The position numbers and the translations under genes are program-made. 64,000 nucleotides of DNA from Nitrospinota bacterium. Lineage in GTDB: Bacteria > Nitrospinota > Nitrospinia > Nitrospinales > VA-1. The stretch spans positions 15,707 to 79,706 of the forward strand of contig DUZG01000003.1 in assembly GCA_013349585.1 (NCBI GenBank), in the 5' to 3' direction. Position 1 is the stretch's first letter. Each line of letters opens with the position of its first letter. The notes under the pieces are model-generated. The model was not told the origin of the DNA, made no database searches, and saw nothing but the letters and a program-made list of their open reading frames with translations. Of the stretch, positions 39,647-49,706 are shown piece after piece.

Positions 39647-40643
39647 GAGCTTCACCTTGATCCATAACAATAGCTCCCGAATCTTCAAGATGCTTGCAGA
39701 TGGAAACAATTTTCTGTTGTGCTTTTTCTACCGCGCTTATCTTAGTTGGGCCAAGTAATTCGAGGTCCTCCTGCAACATACTTGCAGCACCATCAGACAT
39801 ATTGGAAAGTATTTTAATTTTCAACTCATCAGACGCAGTTTTAAGAGCAATCAACAGATCTTCACTACTGACATCCCTCAAAACAAGCCGGATGCCTTCA
39901 TCTTCAACTCTCTTCAGATCCTCAAATGTAAACCTCAGTTCACGAATTTCATTTGCCATATCGGGATAGATCTCTTCCATGGAAGAGAGGATCATGGATT
40001 CTGTGGTTCTATCCATTGCCTCCATCAACCTGGCGGCAACTGTTTTTCCGCCCAACTTATTTCCAGAAATGGTTCCGTAATATTGAAACTCCATTTGCAG
40101 GACATCATCCAGCTCTCTTAGCACCTGAGGGGAGACTCTTTCCAGAGTAGCCAATCGGTGGACAATTTCCATGCGTTTATTTTCAGATATTTTTTTTACA
40201 GTCTGGCTGGCCACGTCCGGCTCCAAATGCGCTAGGATAATTGCTGCCGTTTGTGGATGCTCATTTTCAATGAAACTGGCGATAACTTCAGGTTCAAGAA
40301 GGCGAATCGTTTCCAGGCCACCCCCTATTTTTTCACCCGGAGAAGTTATATTGTCCAATATTTCTGTCGCCTTGTCAGGGGTCAATGCCTTATTTAAACT
40401 AGACTTAAGGAAATCCGTTCCAGCTTTTGCAAGCCCTGATGCCCCCGATTCCAATAGGTTATAAAAATCTTTATTGACCGAGTCCATTACCTTATGGTCA
40501 ATATTGCCTAGAGATGACATGTAATTACCGATGGTTTGAATTTCCAGCTCATCCATATTTGCTAGAACCTGATCGGCTTTTTCTTCTCCAAGGTTCATCA
40601 ATAGTATAGCGGCTTTTTCTGCACCTAAAAATTTTCTAATCAT
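39639..40643 (-). CDS. fliG: Flagellar motor switch protein FliG
   Basis: EKAAILL, EHPQ, GG linker, FTFEDL, GP..AQQKIV. Confidence 0.95.
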   Translation of the reverse strand: MIRKFLGAEKAAILLMNLGEEKADQVLANMDELEIQTIGNYMSSLGNIDHKVMDSVNKDFYNLLESGASGLAKAGTDFLKSSLNKALTPDKATEILDNITSPGEKIGGGLETIRLLEPEVIASFIENEHPQTAAIILAHLEPDVASQTVKKISENKRMEIVHRLATLERVSPQVLRELDDVLQMEFQYYGTISGNKLGGKTVAARLMEAMDRTTESMILSSMEEIYPDMANEIRELRFTFEDLKRVEDEGIRLVLRDVSSEDLLIALKTASDELKIKILSNMSDGAASMLQEDLELLGPTKISAVEKAQQKIVSICKHLEDSGAIVMDQGEALV

Positions 40644-40666
40644 AATTCTCCAAGCCTCAATTATTA

Positions 40667-42256
40667 TTAAGCAGCAGGTTCTTTTTCTCGAATCCATTTT
40701 CTGATAACACCCGCTGTGTATTTTGGATCATTGGTAACAAACTCATTTACCGAGTCTCTGATATTAGCTGCTTCAGTGGCCATTTCAGTGAGCTTTCTTT
40801 TCTCTTCACCCACTGCGTCAATGTCAGCTGCTTCCAACTGATCAGTTTCGGGGATGACTTCAACCGTTGTTGTCATCCAGGTTATGATTGGTCGGATGAC
40901 TCGGGTAAAGAACATGATGAGAAAAATTAATCCCACCAGCAGTTTGCCACCTTCCATTGCCAGATCAATCTGCTCTGCGCGTTCGATTGCTGCTTTTTCT
41001 TTATCCAGTTGAGAATGATCAAATTGAATATTCTCAACTTGAACAACATCGCCGCGCTCTGCATCATAACCTACAGCTGATTTAACCATTTGCAGATACT
41101 TTTCCATTTCTTCCGGAGTACGGGCTTGATACTCAGCCGGGTCGCCTGCCATTATTCCATCAATCATCACGGCGACACTTAGTTTAGTAACTTCTCCGAC
41201 GGGTTTAGAAACCCTTCGAACTACTTTGTTGATTTCGTAATTAAAAACTGCGTTAGATTTGTTTCTCTGTGCCGCTTGACCGATTCCGCTCGCTGCATCC
41301 TCTCCAGATGGAACAAGAGCTTGGACTCCAGGAATACCTCCTGGAGGGATAGCACCTATAGAGTTTTCTGAAATTTGGTTTTCGCTTCGTACCACCTGAG
41401 AATCTGGATCGAAAGTTTCTTCGGTTCGTTCGACCTGTTCAAAATCCAGATCCGTGGATATCTTGGCGATCACTTTTCCAGCGCCTAAAGCTTCTTCCAA
41501 CATTTTTATAACCTTTACCTGCAATTCTTTTTGCACACGTAGTTTATGTTTGAAATTGGAAGAGGACATCATGGCCCCTTTTGAGGGCTCTTTGCCGCCG
41601 GACAAAAGGTTTCCTTTCACGTCAACGATGACCACATTGGATGCTTCGATGCTACCCACACTGGCGGAAACCAAATGCACAATTCCCTGTATCTGCCCTT
41701 CTGAAAGGGAATTGCCAGACTTAAGTTTCAATGTGATAGAGGCTTTACCTTTTGGTTTCTCCTTTCGGAAAAGATTGTCTTTAGGAATTACAAGATGAAC
41801 CCTTACCTGGGCAACAGCATTCAAAGTTTTGATTGTGCGTGTCAACTCACCTTGAAGAGCGCGTTGAAAATTTAGTTTCTGAATAAAATCTGTCATTCCC
41901 AGAGGAGTGTCCTCAAACATTTCCAGTCCAACTTCAGAGCCTTCAGGCAACCCTTCACCAGCAAGTTGCAAGCGGGTTTCGTGAATCAGGTCCGAAGCTA
42001 CACGAATGGTACGTCCACCATTTGATATCTCATAAGGAACTTTCTGACTTTTCAATTTCTCTACAATTGCTCCTGCATCTTGCTGTGAAAGATTCGCATA
42101 CAAAAGCTGAAAATCGGGCGCCTTCAGCCATAAAGACATCACAAGCAGGGATGCTAGAGCTAGAGCTACTAAAGAAAGTGCTGCAACCTTTTTGCCTTGA
42201 GAAAGTTCGTTAAATCGTTCGCCGAGTTGTCCTAAAAAATCTTGAAAGTTATCCAT
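40667..42256 (-). CDS. fliF: Flagellar MS-ring protein FliF
   Basis: Two TM helices, GLP..GLE.F, RALQGELTRTI, RVHLVIP, NYEI, RGD.V.V. Confidence 0.96.
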   Translation of the reverse strand: MDNFQDFLGQLGERFNELSQGKKVAALSLVALALASLLVMSLWLKAPDFQLLYANLSQQDAGAIVEKLKSQKVPYEISNGGRTIRVASDLIHETRLQLAGEGLPEGSEVGLEMFEDTPLGMTDFIQKLNFQRALQGELTRTIKTLNAVAQVRVHLVIPKDNLFRKEKPKGKASITLKLKSGNSLSEGQIQGIVHLVSASVGSIEASNVVIVDVKGNLLSGGKEPSKGAMMSSSNFKHKLRVQKELQVKVIKMLEEALGAGKVIAKISTDLDFEQVERTEETFDPDSQVVRSENQISENSIGAIPPGGIPGVQALVPSGEDAASGIGQAAQRNKSNAVFNYEINKVVRRVSKPVGEVTKLSVAVMIDGIMAGDPAEYQARTPEEMEKYLQMVKSAVGYDAERGDVVQVENIQFDHSQLDKEKAAIERAEQIDLAMEGGKLLVGLIFLIMFFTRVIRPIITWMTTTVEVIPETDQLEAADIDAVGEEKRKLTEMATEAANIRDSVNEFVTNDPKYTAGVIRKWIREKEPAA

Positions 42257-42292
42257 GGGAATTTAATTTTTATAGTTTATATTAATTTTTTA

Positions 42293-42730
42293 TTATCTAC
42301 CCAGGTCAATGGCTCTTGTTGCCATTGCCTTGGACGCGTTGATTGCCGTCACATTTGCCTCAAAAGATCTTTGCGTGGTTACCATATTTACCATTTCCTT
42401 CATTGGATCTACATTTGGCATGGCCACATAACCCAGATCATTCGCATCCGGGTGTTTTGGATTATAAACTAGACGTGGTTCTGTCTGATCTTCTACCACT
42501 TCCGTAATTTGTGGTTTTGTTAGTCGATCCCCTAGCTGGTTTTTAAAGATACTGCCGAATTCACTTTCCATAGGAACCGCGGTCACCAATATATCTTTCC
42601 TGCGATAAGGGCCACCTTCTGGAGTTCGGGTAGTTTCGAGATTAGCAAGATTACTGGAAATCGCTTCCATGCGTTTTCTTTGCACATTCAATCCCGATGA
42701 ACTAATTTTCATGTTGGTGAGAAAATCCAT
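42293..42730 (-). CDS. flgC: Flagellar basal-body rod protein FlgC
   Basis: SSNLAN.ETTRTPEGGPYRRK, P.HPDA..GYV.MPNV, FEANV. Confidence 0.96.
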   Translation of the reverse strand: MDFLTNMKISSSGLNVQRKRMEAISSNLANLETTRTPEGGPYRRKDILVTAVPMESEFGSIFKNQLGDRLTKPQITEVVEDQTEPRLVYNPKHPDANDLGYVAMPNVDPMKEMVNMVTTQRSFEANVTAINASKAMATRAIDLGR

Positions 42731-42806
42731 TATCCCGCCCTTCCTTGAAAAGTTAAACTTCAGTTATTAATAAAACCCATAATTTGAGGAGGTTTGGTAT
42801 TAATTT

Positions 42807-42822
42807 AGCAAGTTCCATACCA
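42807..42822 (-). promoter_or_regulatory. Sigma54 promoter of the flgC-fliFGHIJ operon
   Basis: Minus strand TGGTAT-GGAAC-TTGCT. Confidence 0.75.
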
Positions 42823-42942
42823 TTACTGAAATAGCTTGGCTGGGCAGGGGGGATTCAGAGAAGATCTTTTATCTATATAGGTTTACGATTATGGTCGGGG
42901 AAGATGAGAGTAGCGAGAAATGAAGCATAGGGAAGCAATCCC

Positions 42943-42956
42943 GTCATATTTTTGGC
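42943..42956. promoter_or_regulatory. FleQ-type enhancer box candidate
   Basis: GTCATATTTTTGGC, about 121 bp upstream of the sigma54 promoter. Confidence 0.45.
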
Positions 42957-42983
42957 TTTCAGAGGAGGTTCTGCCTTCTCTTT

Positions 42984-44357
42984 CTATAAAGAATCGGCGC
43001 TGTTGTATTCATTTAGTTTATTACGGAGTGTGCGGATGCTGATGCCCAGGGAATCGGCGGCTTTTGTTTTGTTACCGTTGACTTCTTCTAGAGTCTGCAT
43101 GATGAGTTCTTTTTCCATTTCATAGATGGTTCCTGACATACGCGGAGCCTCTTTTTCATTTCGGTGTAGTTCCTCATCGAAGAACAAGTGTGATGGCAGC
43201 ATCGTATCGCCTTGGCACATCAGACATGACCGTTCTACAATATTCCCCAACTCGCGAATATTCCCCGGCCAGCGATATTTTTTGAGGAGAATCAGTGTTG
43301 CAGAATCTACCGTTATAGGTGATTTGCCATTCTCCTGACAAAATTGAGTGATAAAGTTTTCGACGAGAACGGGGATGTCATCTATTCTCTCTCGTAATGG
43401 AATGAGATTGATCGGTACTACGTTCAATCTATAATAAAGGTCTTCACGAAACTCTTGATCCTGAATACGTTTTCGTATGTCTCGATTGCTGGTAGCGATC
43501 ACCCGCACATCTACGGGGATAGGTGCCCGACCGCCAATTTTATCGACTTCATGTTCCTGCAAAACTCGTAGTAGTTTGGCCTGTAACGGAGGAGACATTT
43601 CCGTAACCTCATCGAGGAGCAATGAACTGTGGTTGGCCAGTTCAAATTTCCCTTCTTTACTTTCAGTGGCTCCGGTAAAGGATCCTTTTTCATGGCCAAA
43701 CAATTCTGATTCGAGTAAACCCTCGGGTAGGGCGGCACAGTTGACCGCCATAAAAGGTTTTTCGGAACGTGGACTGCACTGGTGTATATAACGCGCGAAT
43801 AATTCTTTTCCTGTTCCTGTTTCGCCCATAATGAGAACAGTGGACTTGCTGTAGGAAACGTTTTCGGCAAATTGTAGAAGTTTTTTCATCTCTTCATTCT
43901 GCGTAACAATTCTTTTCATATCCCCTAACGATTCCATTTGTGTTGTCGGCCGAAGGGCAGGGGGGATAAAACTTCCAGGATCGAGAAACGCACGCTTAAC
44001 TGTAGATACCAATACGTCGGCCGAAAACCCGGAACCTTTTATTAAATAATCAAACGCGCCTTCTTTCATGGCCTCAACAGCATTGTCTATGGTCCCATAT
44101 GCCGTCATCATCACCACCTGAGTTTTCGGTGACCTTTCCTTAACCGCACGTAACAATTCGAGTCCATTCAATTTTGGCATGCGAACATCGGTGAGAATCA
44201 GGTCAAAATCATTATCTTCCATTTTGTCTAATGCTTGCTTTCCATCTTCGGCACAGGTGAGCTGGAATTTTTCCCTTTTCAGGGTGGTCTCCAGGGCCAC
44301 TCGCATTTCTGATTCGTCATCGACGATTAGAATTTTTTTTGATTCATTATTTTTCAT
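42984..44357 (-). CDS. Sigma54-dependent response regulator (FleR/FlrC/FlgR-like)
   Basis: Receiver (ILIVDD, D.RMP, K), AAA+ (GETGTGKE, GSFTGA, REDLYYRL, WPGNIREL) and HTH ISIRTLRNKL. Confidence 0.92.
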   Translation of the reverse strand: MKNNESKKILIVDDESEMRVALETTLKREKFQLTCAEDGKQALDKMEDNDFDLILTDVRMPKLNGLELLRAVKERSPKTQVVMMTAYGTIDNAVEAMKEGAFDYLIKGSGFSADVLVSTVKRAFLDPGSFIPPALRPTTQMESLGDMKRIVTQNEEMKKLLQFAENVSYSKSTVLIMGETGTGKELFARYIHQCSPRSEKPFMAVNCAALPEGLLESELFGHEKGSFTGATESKEGKFELANHSSLLLDEVTEMSPPLQAKLLRVLQEHEVDKIGGRAPIPVDVRVIATSNRDIRKRIQDQEFREDLYYRLNVVPINLIPLRERIDDIPVLVENFITQFCQENGKSPITVDSATLILLKKYRWPGNIRELGNIVERSCLMCQGDTMLPSHLFFDEELHRNEKEAPRMSGTIYEMEKELIMQTLEEVNGNKTKAADSLGISIRTLRNKLNEYNSADSL

Positions 44358-45621
44358 CGAAATCCTCATCCCAACTTGGAATTTTAACTGTGAACGAAGT
44401 TCCCTTTCCCTCTTCACTAACCGCGTCTATCGAACCCTGATGTGCCTTGATGATATTGTGGGAAATGGCTAGTCCGAGTCCTGTGCCTTTATCTTTTGTA
44501 GTGAAGAATGGATTAAATATTTTCGCAAGATTATCGGCCGACATGCCGACACCCGTATCCGCTACAGTAACAGAAATGTACTGCCGTGCTGTTGAACCAT
44601 TTTCTGCTCTGGTACTGGGAATAGAGGATTTTTGCGTGATGAGGTTTAACTCACCGCCTTCGGGCATTGCCTGAATCGCGTTATTGATTAGATTAGGAAA
44701 CACCTGACGTAATAGTTCGCGATCACCGTTAGCCAGTAGGGTGCCCTTACCTGATTTGCGAATTACATTGATATTTTCCGGGACAAGGACGTTATTGATT
44801 CCCTCTAGGCATTCGGTGAGCAGTAAATTAATATCACATTGTTGTCGAGATGGCTGCGCGGATTTTGCAAATAGAAGCAGGGTCGATATGATGCGATCCA
44901 TATTTTGCACTCCTGCCCGGATATGTTGTACCAGATCTTCTTTCTCACTATCTCCTTCAAGGTCTTTTTTGAGCAGGGAAGCAAACAACTCAATACTGGC
45001 TAAAGGATTTCTGATTTCGTGGGCGATGCCAGCGGCCATTTCTCCCATCTCTCGCAGTCTTTGATTGCGTTGCGCCAACTCTTCCATCCTGCGGAACTCG
45101 GTCATATCTTGCAGTATTAATATCGTGCCGATTTGGCCTCCGTGGTTATCCCAAACGGGGGATGCAGAAATACGGATGTGCAGAGTACCTCCGTTTGCAT
45201 TGGCGATGTCTTTGTCCTGGCTAATGGTTTCACCACGGGATTTCCCCAACCGAGCAACCACAGATTCGAATAAAGGAAATACTTTATTTAAAGATTTTCC
45301 AAGACAACTTTGAGGTTTTATCCCTGTGATAGTTCCAGTTGTTTTATTGCAAGTGGTGATATTTCCTGTACGGTCTACAACGAGGACACCGTTGGTTTGG
45401 CTTTCCAAAATATCATTTAGATAGTTTTTTACCCGTTCTTTTTCAGCTAGATTTTTTTCCAGTTCATCATTTTTATCGGATAGTTCAAGATCAAGTTTTT
45501 TGACTCTTCCCTGAAGTTCATCGTAAGAATTTTGCAACTGTGCAGTGACTTCGTTAAAAGCCTCCATATTCTGGATAAGGGTCTGGATTTCTTTGCTTTT
45601 ATTGCTGTCAGGGTTTGTCAT
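44347..45621 (-). CDS. PAS sensor histidine kinase (FleS/FlrB-like)
   Basis: N-terminal coiled coil, PAS, H-box AHEIRNPL, N/G1/F/G2 boxes; overlaps the response regulator start. Confidence 0.92.
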   Translation of the reverse strand: MTNPDSNKSKEIQTLIQNMEAFNEVTAQLQNSYDELQGRVKKLDLELSDKNDELEKNLAEKERVKNYLNDILESQTNGVLVVDRTGNITTCNKTTGTITGIKPQSCLGKSLNKVFPLFESVVARLGKSRGETISQDKDIANANGGTLHIRISASPVWDNHGGQIGTILILQDMTEFRRMEELAQRNQRLREMGEMAAGIAHEIRNPLASIELFASLLKKDLEGDSEKEDLVQHIRAGVQNMDRIISTLLLFAKSAQPSRQQCDINLLLTECLEGINNVLVPENINVIRKSGKGTLLANGDRELLRQVFPNLINNAIQAMPEGGELNLITQKSSIPSTRAENGSTARQYISVTVADTGVGMSADNLAKIFNPFFTTKDKGTGLGLAISHNIIKAHQGSIDAVSEEGKGTSFTVKIPSWDEDFDEK

Positions 45622-45669
45622 GGGAAGGATTACAGTGGGTTTTCAATCTGTTTCTATTATAAATTAAAA

Positions 45670-48270
45670 TCATCCTTCTTTTGATTGTTTTTCCCACTCC
45701 TGAATATTGGCCCTGGACTGGGCAGCACGTTTGAGAATAGGGTCGGCACTTTTAGCCGTGATCAGTTTGTTGATTTCATCTTTTGATTTGTCTAGATCTC
45801 CTTCTTGTTCATAGCTTTCGATCAAGAGGTAATCTGCCCAATTTCTTAAGGGGTTATCCGGAAAAAGTTCTTTCGCGGAATCAAAAGCTTCAATAGCGGC
45901 TTTAAATCGATTCATTTTAAAAAGCGAAGTGCCTAGATGATAATAAGATTTCTGGATATAGTCGGGAATAACGCGCTCTTTCCTGTCGTATTCTGCGATA
46001 GCATTTTGATAGGATTGTGCGGCCTCAGTATACTTTTTCATTCCGGTTTTAACTTCGGCAATTAAATAGTGAATCTCAGCTTTATTTTTTGATAGGGCCA
46101 GCAACTCGTCAAACATTGTCAATGCCCCGAGAAAATTTCCGTTTCCTTTATGGGCTTGGGCAAGCATTTTTTTAGCTTCTAGCAATCTTTTGCTGCGAGG
46201 AAAGTTTTTGATGAAAGCACGACCAACCATAATGGTTTCATCAAAACTTTTCTCTTCTAAATGAATTTTGCCCAAGTTTAGAAAAATTCTATCTCGAAAT
46301 GAGTTTTCAGAATCAAGCACTTTGACTTTTTCATAAAACTTGACTGCTTCAGGGTACATGCCTATTGCTTGATAGGCTTCTCCGACCTGCAACAGGGTCT
46401 TGGCATTCTTAATGTTCTTGATCGGCAGGCTGACAAAATCGCTGTAGGAATAAAGAATAGGTAACATACCTTTTTGCTTTGAATACTTATCCACCAAGGC
46501 AATAAGAGCTTGTTTGACAAACCTTTCAGCTTCCTGTGAAAAACGCGACTCAGGTCCAAGCGGAAAAAGCTTTTTAAATTCCTCAATAGCTTTTAGGTAG
46601 TTCTGTTCCATTAAGTAAGCGATGCCGCGACTCAAAGTTACTTCAGCCAGTATTTCTACATTTTTTGCGTCCTGAAAAATTTTCTCATACGTTGGAAAGG
46701 GCTTATAATAATAAGAGACGTCAAAAACGATGTCGTTGACTTCTAAGCGCGGACTACGTATCCCGATATCAGCCATTCGAATTCTTCCATATTGCGTGTC
46801 GGCACTGTCTTCCATGATTGGATTTTCTTCTTCATCCAAGATAAGTTTTCCTTCTTCATCCCGTTGGGGGGCTTGTTTTTTGCTGGATTCATCAAACACC
46901 GCCAAAGCATTTTGATAGTTGCCATTAAGCATATAGGTGTCACCGATTCGGTTCAGGGCTTTATGTGCATTGGTTGAAGAGGGAGCCAAATTCAGAAGAT
47001 TGAAAAAATGTGTTCGCGCCTTATCATATTTTTCCTGGGAAAAATAAATTTCCGCCATATTAAAAGCGATTTCTGGTTTTTCATTTAATTCTCTCGGCCA
47101 GCGTTTGGCACTCGTCTCATAAATTTCAAGTGCCTGGTCATATTCATTTTTTTCGTAAAACCGATTGGCTATCGCAAAAATTCCTGTTTTTGCGTCCAGA
47201 TTTTTTGGGGAACTCTTAAGAATCAATTGAAAAGCATCGAACGCTTCTTTAAATCTTTTTTCTTTCATCAACATTGCAGCCAGACTATTCTTTCGCGTCT
47301 CGTTATATAAGCTCTTTTTTTTTTTACTCAAACCCTGGTTATAAAGAGTTCGTGCTTCAAGTCTATAGCCTATATCATCGTAGATCGTTGCTACCTTCAG
47401 TAACGCATGATCGTAAAACTTTGATCCGGGATCTTTCCTCATGGCGGACTGGTAAGCAGCTAGGGGCCTATCGTAATTAGGGTTAAGCTCCTTAAATGTT
47501 TTGCGATATTCAGACTCTGCTCTTAAATAAAGGGCTTGCCCCAGGTATTTGCTTTTTGGATATTTTTCTACAAACTCTTTTAAAGCTTTTGATGCGTTGG
47601 GGTAATTTTGGCTTTGAAATTCTTTAAGTCCTTTTTGGTAATCTTCCCACCCGTTCTTTTCTTTTTCCTGTTCATCCAGGCTGATAAGGTTGCTGACTTT
47701 GTCTGGTGTGAACCCAACTAGGCGCACCTTTCTGGTAGAAGGGGAACCACCTTTTTTGATATCTCCTTTTCCGATTTTTCTGCTGCTACTTTTCGTTCCT
47801 CTTGCAGCAGGAGACAGGCCTCCGATTCTTGCTTTCAAAATAGGTCGGGACTCCCCCTTCAGATCAATTATGATTTGAGGTTTTTCGGGGTTCATCGAAT
47901 GGAAAAACCGAGTATTGGATCGCTTTAAAACAAAAGTAATTTTTACTTTTCCTTCCCTCGAGCTAACCATAAACTGCGCCAGGTTTTTGTCATTAAATGT
48001 TTTATTGCGAACTCGCGGTCCACGCTGAGTCTCTGGCAAAGTCAAAACAATGCGTTTTTCTGCAAAACTTGCTTTAACTTGATAGGTAACGGGTTCGGTC
48101 AAATCGATCAAAATTCTTGTGTAAATGGGGTGTGGTCCAATTTTTACTGTTTTGAGTAACGGACCATTCCTATAGAAATCTTCCTGAGCCGAAAGGTCTG
48201 GTACCATTAAGGATGGCACAAGTAATAAAGTGAGGATGAGGATCTCTTTAAATTTTGATTTTATTGACAT
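45670..48270 (-). CDS. Exported TPR protein with N-terminal AMIN-like domain
   Basis: Signal peptide from MSIKSK, VKIG.H..YTRILID AMIN-like motif, many TPR repeats. Confidence 0.8.
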   Translation of the reverse strand: MSIKSKFKEILILTLLLVPSLMVPDLSAQEDFYRNGPLLKTVKIGPHPIYTRILIDLTEPVTYQVKASFAEKRIVLTLPETQRGPRVRNKTFNDKNLAQFMVSSREGKVKITFVLKRSNTRFFHSMNPEKPQIIIDLKGESRPILKARIGGLSPAARGTKSSSRKIGKGDIKKGGSPSTRKVRLVGFTPDKVSNLISLDEQEKEKNGWEDYQKGLKEFQSQNYPNASKALKEFVEKYPKSKYLGQALYLRAESEYRKTFKELNPNYDRPLAAYQSAMRKDPGSKFYDHALLKVATIYDDIGYRLEARTLYNQGLSKKKKSLYNETRKNSLAAMLMKEKRFKEAFDAFQLILKSSPKNLDAKTGIFAIANRFYEKNEYDQALEIYETSAKRWPRELNEKPEIAFNMAEIYFSQEKYDKARTHFFNLLNLAPSSTNAHKALNRIGDTYMLNGNYQNALAVFDESSKKQAPQRDEEGKLILDEEENPIMEDSADTQYGRIRMADIGIRSPRLEVNDIVFDVSYYYKPFPTYEKIFQDAKNVEILAEVTLSRGIAYLMEQNYLKAIEEFKKLFPLGPESRFSQEAERFVKQALIALVDKYSKQKGMLPILYSYSDFVSLPIKNIKNAKTLLQVGEAYQAIGMYPEAVKFYEKVKVLDSENSFRDRIFLNLGKIHLEEKSFDETIMVGRAFIKNFPRSKRLLEAKKMLAQAHKGNGNFLGALTMFDELLALSKNKAEIHYLIAEVKTGMKKYTEAAQSYQNAIAEYDRKERVIPDYIQKSYYHLGTSLFKMNRFKAAIEAFDSAKELFPDNPLRNWADYLLIESYEQEGDLDKSKDEINKLITAKSADPILKRAAQSRANIQEWEKQSKEG

Positions 48271-48302
48271 ATTCTTTGATTTTGGCTTTTTCACATACAT
48301 AA

Positions 48303-48318
48303 AGCAAATTAGATGCCA
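48303..48318 (-). promoter_or_regulatory. Sigma54 promoter of the TPR-kinase-regulator operon
   Basis: Minus strand TGGCAT-CTAAT-TTGCT, 32 bp upstream of ATG 48270. Confidence 0.8.
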
Positions 48319-48465
48319 TTTGCGAATTCTTAAGACTCTTTCGATCTTGCATGCTTTTTTCATGCTATAGAAGTCTAAATATTTAAACGTTTTAACTGTA
48401 AATATAGTATAAAGCGGTCTGCCATTTTCTTCGACATTTTCTGGAAAAAAATGATGTTTATCAGA

Positions 48466-48479
48466 GTCAGATTATTGAC
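48466..48479. promoter_or_regulatory. FleQ-type enhancer box candidate
   Basis: GTCAGATTATTGAC (GTCA-N6-TGAC), about 148 bp upstream of the sigma54 promoter. Confidence 0.55.
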
Positions 48480-48533
48480 CTAATTTAGAATTTTGGAATT
48501 GATCCAAGTCTATCCGATTCGGAACAGGAAAAA

Positions 48534-48952
48534 TTGAAATGGCAGGAGTCTGAGACAGTTAGGAATCTGTTGAAGAAGCAAAATAGCTTGTTGGGGGATT
48601 CCCTGGAAGCACTGGATCACCGGATCTATTTGCAAAAAAGTATAAACCTCCTTAGTTCCGAAAGTTACGAAGAAATCAGCAAGGTCATGGCAGAAAAGTT
48701 GCCTTCCATTTTATCTGTAAATTTTTTTTTCTGTTTGATAAAGATCGCAGGAAATTACGACTACTCAGCCACAATCACCCCGAATTGCAGGAAGGTTTGA
48801 CTCTTTACCAGAGTGTGACGGTCAGTTGCGGCATAGCCGAGTTCGATTCGAACCTTATCAAGAGTCCCGTCGACCTTGTCAAGGTTGCTGATGAGGCCTT
48901 GTACAAGGCCAAAAATGAAGGCAGGAACCGAACGATTGTAGGAACGCCATGA
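48534..48952 (+). pseudogene. Sensor diguanylate cyclase remnant (catalytic core deleted)
   Basis: GAF-like start, frameshift at the poly-T near 48722, then ..LTLYQS joined directly to the GGDEF C-terminal end VTVSCGIAE..ADEALYKAKNEGRNR; no GG(D/E)EF motif. Confidence 0.75.
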
Positions 48953-49706
48953 CAAAATCTCTCGATTGGTTTCGAACTATAAAAAACCTTCCTTCTCTTC
49001 CTGAGCAGATCAACAGCTTGCTTGTTGCCACAGGTTCTACTTCTTCTATGGACTATAATATTGCTGAAATTATTCAATACGATCCGTGCATGGCACTCAG
49101 TGTTTTAAAATTTGCGAACAGCCCTGTCTATGGGTATTCGGGTAAAATATCTTCTTTGCAACAGGCGGCAGGTCTTTTGGGGCCGGGAACCATTAAAAAT
49201 ATCATACTGCGCACACCTATTCTGGGAAGGCATTTGACCAACCGCCAAAATGATACCCCGATAGACTTTAGCGACTTATGGGTGCATTGTGGAGCAACAG
49301 CATCTCTGTCAGGCGATCTGGGTCGCTTGATTGGCGGCCTGGAATTGGATGTTTGTTTTACTGCAGGATTGATTCACGATGCCGGGATTATCGCACTATC
49401 TGCATATTATCCAAAAGAGCTGGCGAAAGCATGGAACTGATGAAGGCTTGGAATTTTCCTGAGTCTCTTTCAGGTTTATACCGTTCAGATGACAAAGATA
49501 ATAAATTCCGTTGGGTTTTCAAACCGATTACGGTTGTGGTATTGGCAAAACTACTTTTAAAGGAATGGGGTTATCCCGATTGTTCTCACATGCAAGGGGA
49601 ACCAGATAAGGAACAATTACTGCAATTTTTGAAAATTACGACGGATGATTTACCAACTGGGAAGTTGAGCTTAGAAAATATGTGGTGTTGTCTATGCGTG
49701 TTTTAA
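48949..49706 (+). pseudogene. HDOD domain protein, internally deleted and frameshifted
   Basis: LPSLP, DP....VLKFANSP.YG, LW.H, GLIHDAG, stop at 49440. The remainder (LMKAWNFPE..) continues in another frame and lacks the H..IG helix. Confidence 0.75.
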
